From NCBI GenBank assembly GCA_028277885.1, contig JANQFK010000022.1:69909-133908 (forward strand): a DNA stretch of 64,000 nucleotides, written 5' to 3'. The notes below the pieces were generated by a model. The model searched no databases. It saw only the letters and a list, made by a program, of their open reading frames with translations, and was not told the DNA's origin. A program made the position numbers and the translations under genes. Positions 61,441 to 64,000 of this stretch are shown piece after piece. This DNA is from Myxococcota bacterium (GTDB taxonomy: Bacteria; Myxococcota_A; UBA9160; UBA6930). Positions within the stretch are counted from its first letter, which is position 1; each line of letters begins with the position of its first letter.

Positions 61441-61591
61441 GATCCCCTGGGGGAGGGCCCCGGATGGGCCCCCGGCGGAGGGCTGGCCGCTGCCCGACGA
61501 GGGCCCGGTCCCTGCGCACCTTTTGCGTCAACCCGAGCCGGCAGCTCGCCGATGGCGGGATTGCAGTGGCACTGGAACTCGGAGAACGGAC

Positions 61592-62812
61592 ATGAAACGC
61601 GTCTTCATCCTCGACCCCTCGCTCCAGGGCGAGAGCTCCCACCACTTCTACGCCGCCCGGGCCTACCGGGAGGAGCTCGGCCGCCTCGGCCGGGGCTGGT
61701 CCATCGTCTGCCACCAGACCGCCGGCCCGGCCATCCAGGCCCTGCCCGCGCAGCCCTACTTCCACGTGGACGGCTACTTCTCCGCCGCCGAGCGGGCGAG
61801 CCACGTCGAGTTCGGGACCGCGAGCCTGTGCAACTCGATGCTGTTCGAGCAGCTGCTGAAGCTGAAGCAGCTCGCGTTCCACCCGGGCGACTTCGTCTTC
61901 TTCCCGGCGGTCACCAGCAACCAGGTGCTCGCGGTGTGCCAGTGGATCGCCAGCTTCGACCCCGAGCGCGCGCCCGGCTTCGGCCTGTGCCTGATGTTCC
62001 AGCCCGACTGGCACGTGAGCGGCGACGTGAGCGAGGTGGGGCCCGTCTTCTTCCGCCAGGCCTTCGGGTTCGTTCCCGAGGCCCTGCGCCACCGCGTCGT
62101 CTACACCTGCGAGACCCAGGGGCTGGCCCGGGAGTACGAGTCCCTGGTGGGCGCGGCTCCCCTCGTGATGCCCATGCCGACCCTCCAGCACCTGGCGCGG
62201 CCCCGGGACCCCGAGCGCTGCGGAACGACGCTCTCGTTCATGGGCTACGCCAAGGCCGAGAAGGGCTTCCACCTGCTGCCCGAGGTGGCGCGGCGCGTCC
62301 GTGCCCGGCGACCCGACGCGCGGTTCGTGGTCCAGCTGCTGGGCCACGACACGGACCTGCTCGACGAGGTGCGCGAGGGCCTCGCCGAGCACGGCGACGC
62401 GGTGGAGCTCATCGAGGGCCCGATCGCGCCCGACGCGATGGTGGAGGTGATGGGCCGCACCCGTCTCATGCTGATGCCCTACGAGTCCGCCACCTACCGC
62501 ACGCGCGGCTCGGCGATCTTCACCGAGTGCAAGCTCCTCGGCGTCCCCATGCTGCTGCCCGCGGGCACCGCGATCGGCGACGAGGGCCGCGAGAAGGGCC
62601 TGGCGGCGACCTTCGAGCGGGCCGAGGCCGAGCCCGTCGCGGGTGCGGTCCTGGGCGCCCTCGAGCGCATCGAGGCGCTCGAGGCGGCGGCGCGACGCGA
62701 GGCCGAGGCCGCGGCGAGCCGCCAGGAGGGCTACCTCGGGCGGCTCATCCAGGCCGTGGAGTCGGCGAAGCCGGGCCCCGCGGAGGCCACGGGCGACCGG
62801 GAGGCCGCGTGA
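61592..62812 (+). CDS. GT-B-fold glycosyltransferase-like protein
   Basis: ATG at 61592 follows GGAGAACGG. The C-terminal half resembles GT4/GT1 donor-binding regions ([32 protein letters not shown]). Family assignment is tentative. Confidence 0.5.
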   Translation: MKRVFILDPSLQGESSHHFYAARAYREELGRLGRGWSIVCHQTAGPAIQALPAQPYFHVDGYFSAAERASHVEFGTASLCNSMLFEQLLKLKQLAFHPGDFVFFPAVTSNQVLAVCQWIASFDPERAPGFGLCLMFQPDWHVSGDVSEVGPVFFRQAFGFVPEALRHRVVYTCETQGLAREYESLVGAAPLVMPMPTLQHLARPRDPERCGTTLSFMGYAKAEKGFHLLPEVARRVRARRPDARFVVQLLGHDTDLLDEVREGLAEHGDAVELIEGPIAPDAMVEVMGRTRLMLMPYESATYRTRGSAIFTECKLLGVPMLLPAGTAIGDEGREKGLAATFERAEAEPVAGAVLGALERIEALEAAARREAEAAASRQEGYLGRLIQAVESAKPGPAEATGDREAA

Positions 62813-63882
62813 GCGTCGCCGTGGTCACGGGCTCCGGCGGGCTCGTGGGCTCCGAGGCCGCCGCCCACTTCCTGGGCCTCGGCTTCGACGTGGTGGGCAT
62901 CGACAACGACCTGCGCCGAAGCTTCTTCGGCGACGAGGCCTCCACCCTGCGCCAGAGCCAACGCCTGGCCGAGCGCTTCCCGGAGCGCTTCCGGCCCGAG
63001 GCCGCCGACATCCGCGACCGGGAGGCCGTGGAGGCGATCTTCCAGCGCCACGGCCGGGCGATCGAGCTGGTGGTGCACTGCGCCGCCCAGCCCTCCCACG
63101 ACTGGGCGGCCCGGGACCCCCACACCGACTTCGGCGTGAACGCGGTGGGGACCCTGAACCTGCTGGAGGCCTGCCGCCGCTCCTGCCCCGACGCGGTCTT
63201 CGTCTTCACCTCGACCAACAAGGTCTACGGCGACCTGCCGAACCGCCTGCCGCTGGTCGAGCTCGAGACCCGCTGGGAGCTCGACGCCGCCCATCCCTGG
63301 CACGCCGGGATCCCCGAGGAGATGTCGATCGACCAGAGCCTGCACAGCCTGTTCGGCGCCTCGAAGGTGGCGGCGGACGTGCTGGTGCAGGAGTACGGCC
63401 GCTACTTCGGGATGCGCACCGGCGCCTTCCGCTGCGGCTGCCTGACCGGCGAGAACCACGCCGGCGCCCAGCTCCACGGCTTCCTCTCCTACCTGATGCG
63501 CTGCACCGTCACGGGCAAGCCCTACACGGTGATGGGCTACCAGGGCAAGCAGGTGCGGGACAACATCCACAGCCACGACCTGGTGCTCGCCTTCGAGGCC
63601 TTCTTCCGCGAGCCCCGGGCCGGCGAGGTGTACAACATGGGCGGCGGGCGCTTCTCCCACTGCTCGATGCTCGAGGCCATCGCGCTGTGCCAGGAGGTCG
63701 CCGGGCGCGAGCTTGCCTGGACGCTCTCGCCCGAGAGCCGCACCGGCGACCACGTCTGGTACGTCTCCGACCTCGCCAAGTTCCGCGGCCACTACCCCGG
63801 CTGGCAGCCGCAGGTCGACGTGCGGGGCATCCTCGAGCGCATCTTCGAGGCCAATCGCGAGCACTGGACCGGGCGTCCGTGA
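62809..63882 (+). CDS. NAD-dependent sugar-nucleotide epimerase/dehydratase (extended SDR)
   Basis: GTG at 62809 overlaps the upstream stop (GTGA). The Rossmann motif is [11 protein letters not shown] and the catalytic S...YxxxK context is FTSTNKVYG...FGASKVAAD. Confidence 0.85.
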   Translation: MSVAVVTGSGGLVGSEAAAHFLGLGFDVVGIDNDLRRSFFGDEASTLRQSQRLAERFPERFRPEAADIRDREAVEAIFQRHGRAIELVVHCAAQPSHDWAARDPHTDFGVNAVGTLNLLEACRRSCPDAVFVFTSTNKVYGDLPNRLPLVELETRWELDAAHPWHAGIPEEMSIDQSLHSLFGASKVAADVLVQEYGRYFGMRTGAFRCGCLTGENHAGAQLHGFLSYLMRCTVTGKPYTVMGYQGKQVRDNIHSHDLVLAFEAFFREPRAGEVYNMGGGRFSHCSMLEAIALCQEVAGRELAWTLSPESRTGDHVWYVSDLAKFRGHYPGWQPQVDVRGILERIFEANREHWTGRP

Positions 63883-64000
63883 ACGACGCGCGTCCGACCC
63901 TCCGCATCCTGCACCATCTGGCCCGCACCGGCGGAACCCTGGTGAGCCGCTGCCTCGCCAGCATGCGCGGCGTCACGCTGCTGAGCGAGATGCACCCGCG
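63879..64000 (+). CDS. Hypothetical protein, 3' end cut by the window edge (possibly sulfotransferase-like)
   Basis: GTG at 63879 overlaps the epimerase stop (GTGA). [25 protein letters not shown]... is faintly like a PAPS-binding P-loop. Only 40 codons are visible. Confidence 0.35.
   Translation, partial: MNDARPTLRILHHLARTGGTLVSRCLASMRGVTLLSEMHP

Noticed and set aside
61567-61581. Second sigma-54-like element TGGCACTGGAACTCG just before the glycosyltransferase ATG
   Set aside because: The -12 position reads CG instead of GC. It also lies only ~10 nt from the start codon, overlapping the RBS.

Overview
High-GC bacterial chromosomal window (GC judged by eye, not computed). It is probably from a Myxococcota-like organism. 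Supporting markers: an MglA-family GTPase, an IF3 with a long Ala/Glu/Lys-rich C-terminal tail (as in Myxococcus Dsg), a CGDG..EECD 'Myxococcus cysteine-rich repeat', a PEP-CTERM protein and a sigma-54-type promoter. The backbone is housekeeping: IcmF-like mutase, methylmalonyl-CoA mutase and MeaB; ribBA; MoxR/VWA; miaB; guaB-guaA-dnaE; tRNA-Val; thrS-infC-rpmI-rplT-pheS-pheT-ihfA-merR; tRNA-Pro; lnt. No CRISPR array, transposase, integrase or prophage was seen. Most long ORFs in the track are alternative-frame or antisense artefacts of high GC. Real genes were chosen by recognisable protein families, GC3-rich codons and frequent 4-nt GTGA/ATGA start-stop overlaps. Best candidates for something undescribed: (1) a stand-alone small RNA on the minus strand at about 9375-9558, with a near-consensus promoter, nested helices and a strand-polar terminator, in the only clearly AT-rich gap. 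(2) A translationally coupled signalling operon at 11268-15139: REC-GAF-degenerate GGDEF, then REC-like/DUF4388(PATAN)/apparent pseudo-GTPase, then a cNMP-binding protein. An orphan MglA paralog lies at 4710. (3) An envelope cluster at 30238-37251: secreted TPR-like protein, VWA protein, ExeA-like ATPase with PEGA domain, and two tail-overlapping GT-C glycosyltransferases. (4) A glutaminase-STAS-cNMP-binding fusion next to a tandem [cyclase-STAND NTPase]x2-TPR protein at 39621-46430. (5) Duplicated palindromes plus a sigma-54-like promoter in the PEP-CTERM/glycosyltransferase divergent region at 61317-61591. All domain calls come from reading motifs by eye; none has been confirmed by HMM or database search.
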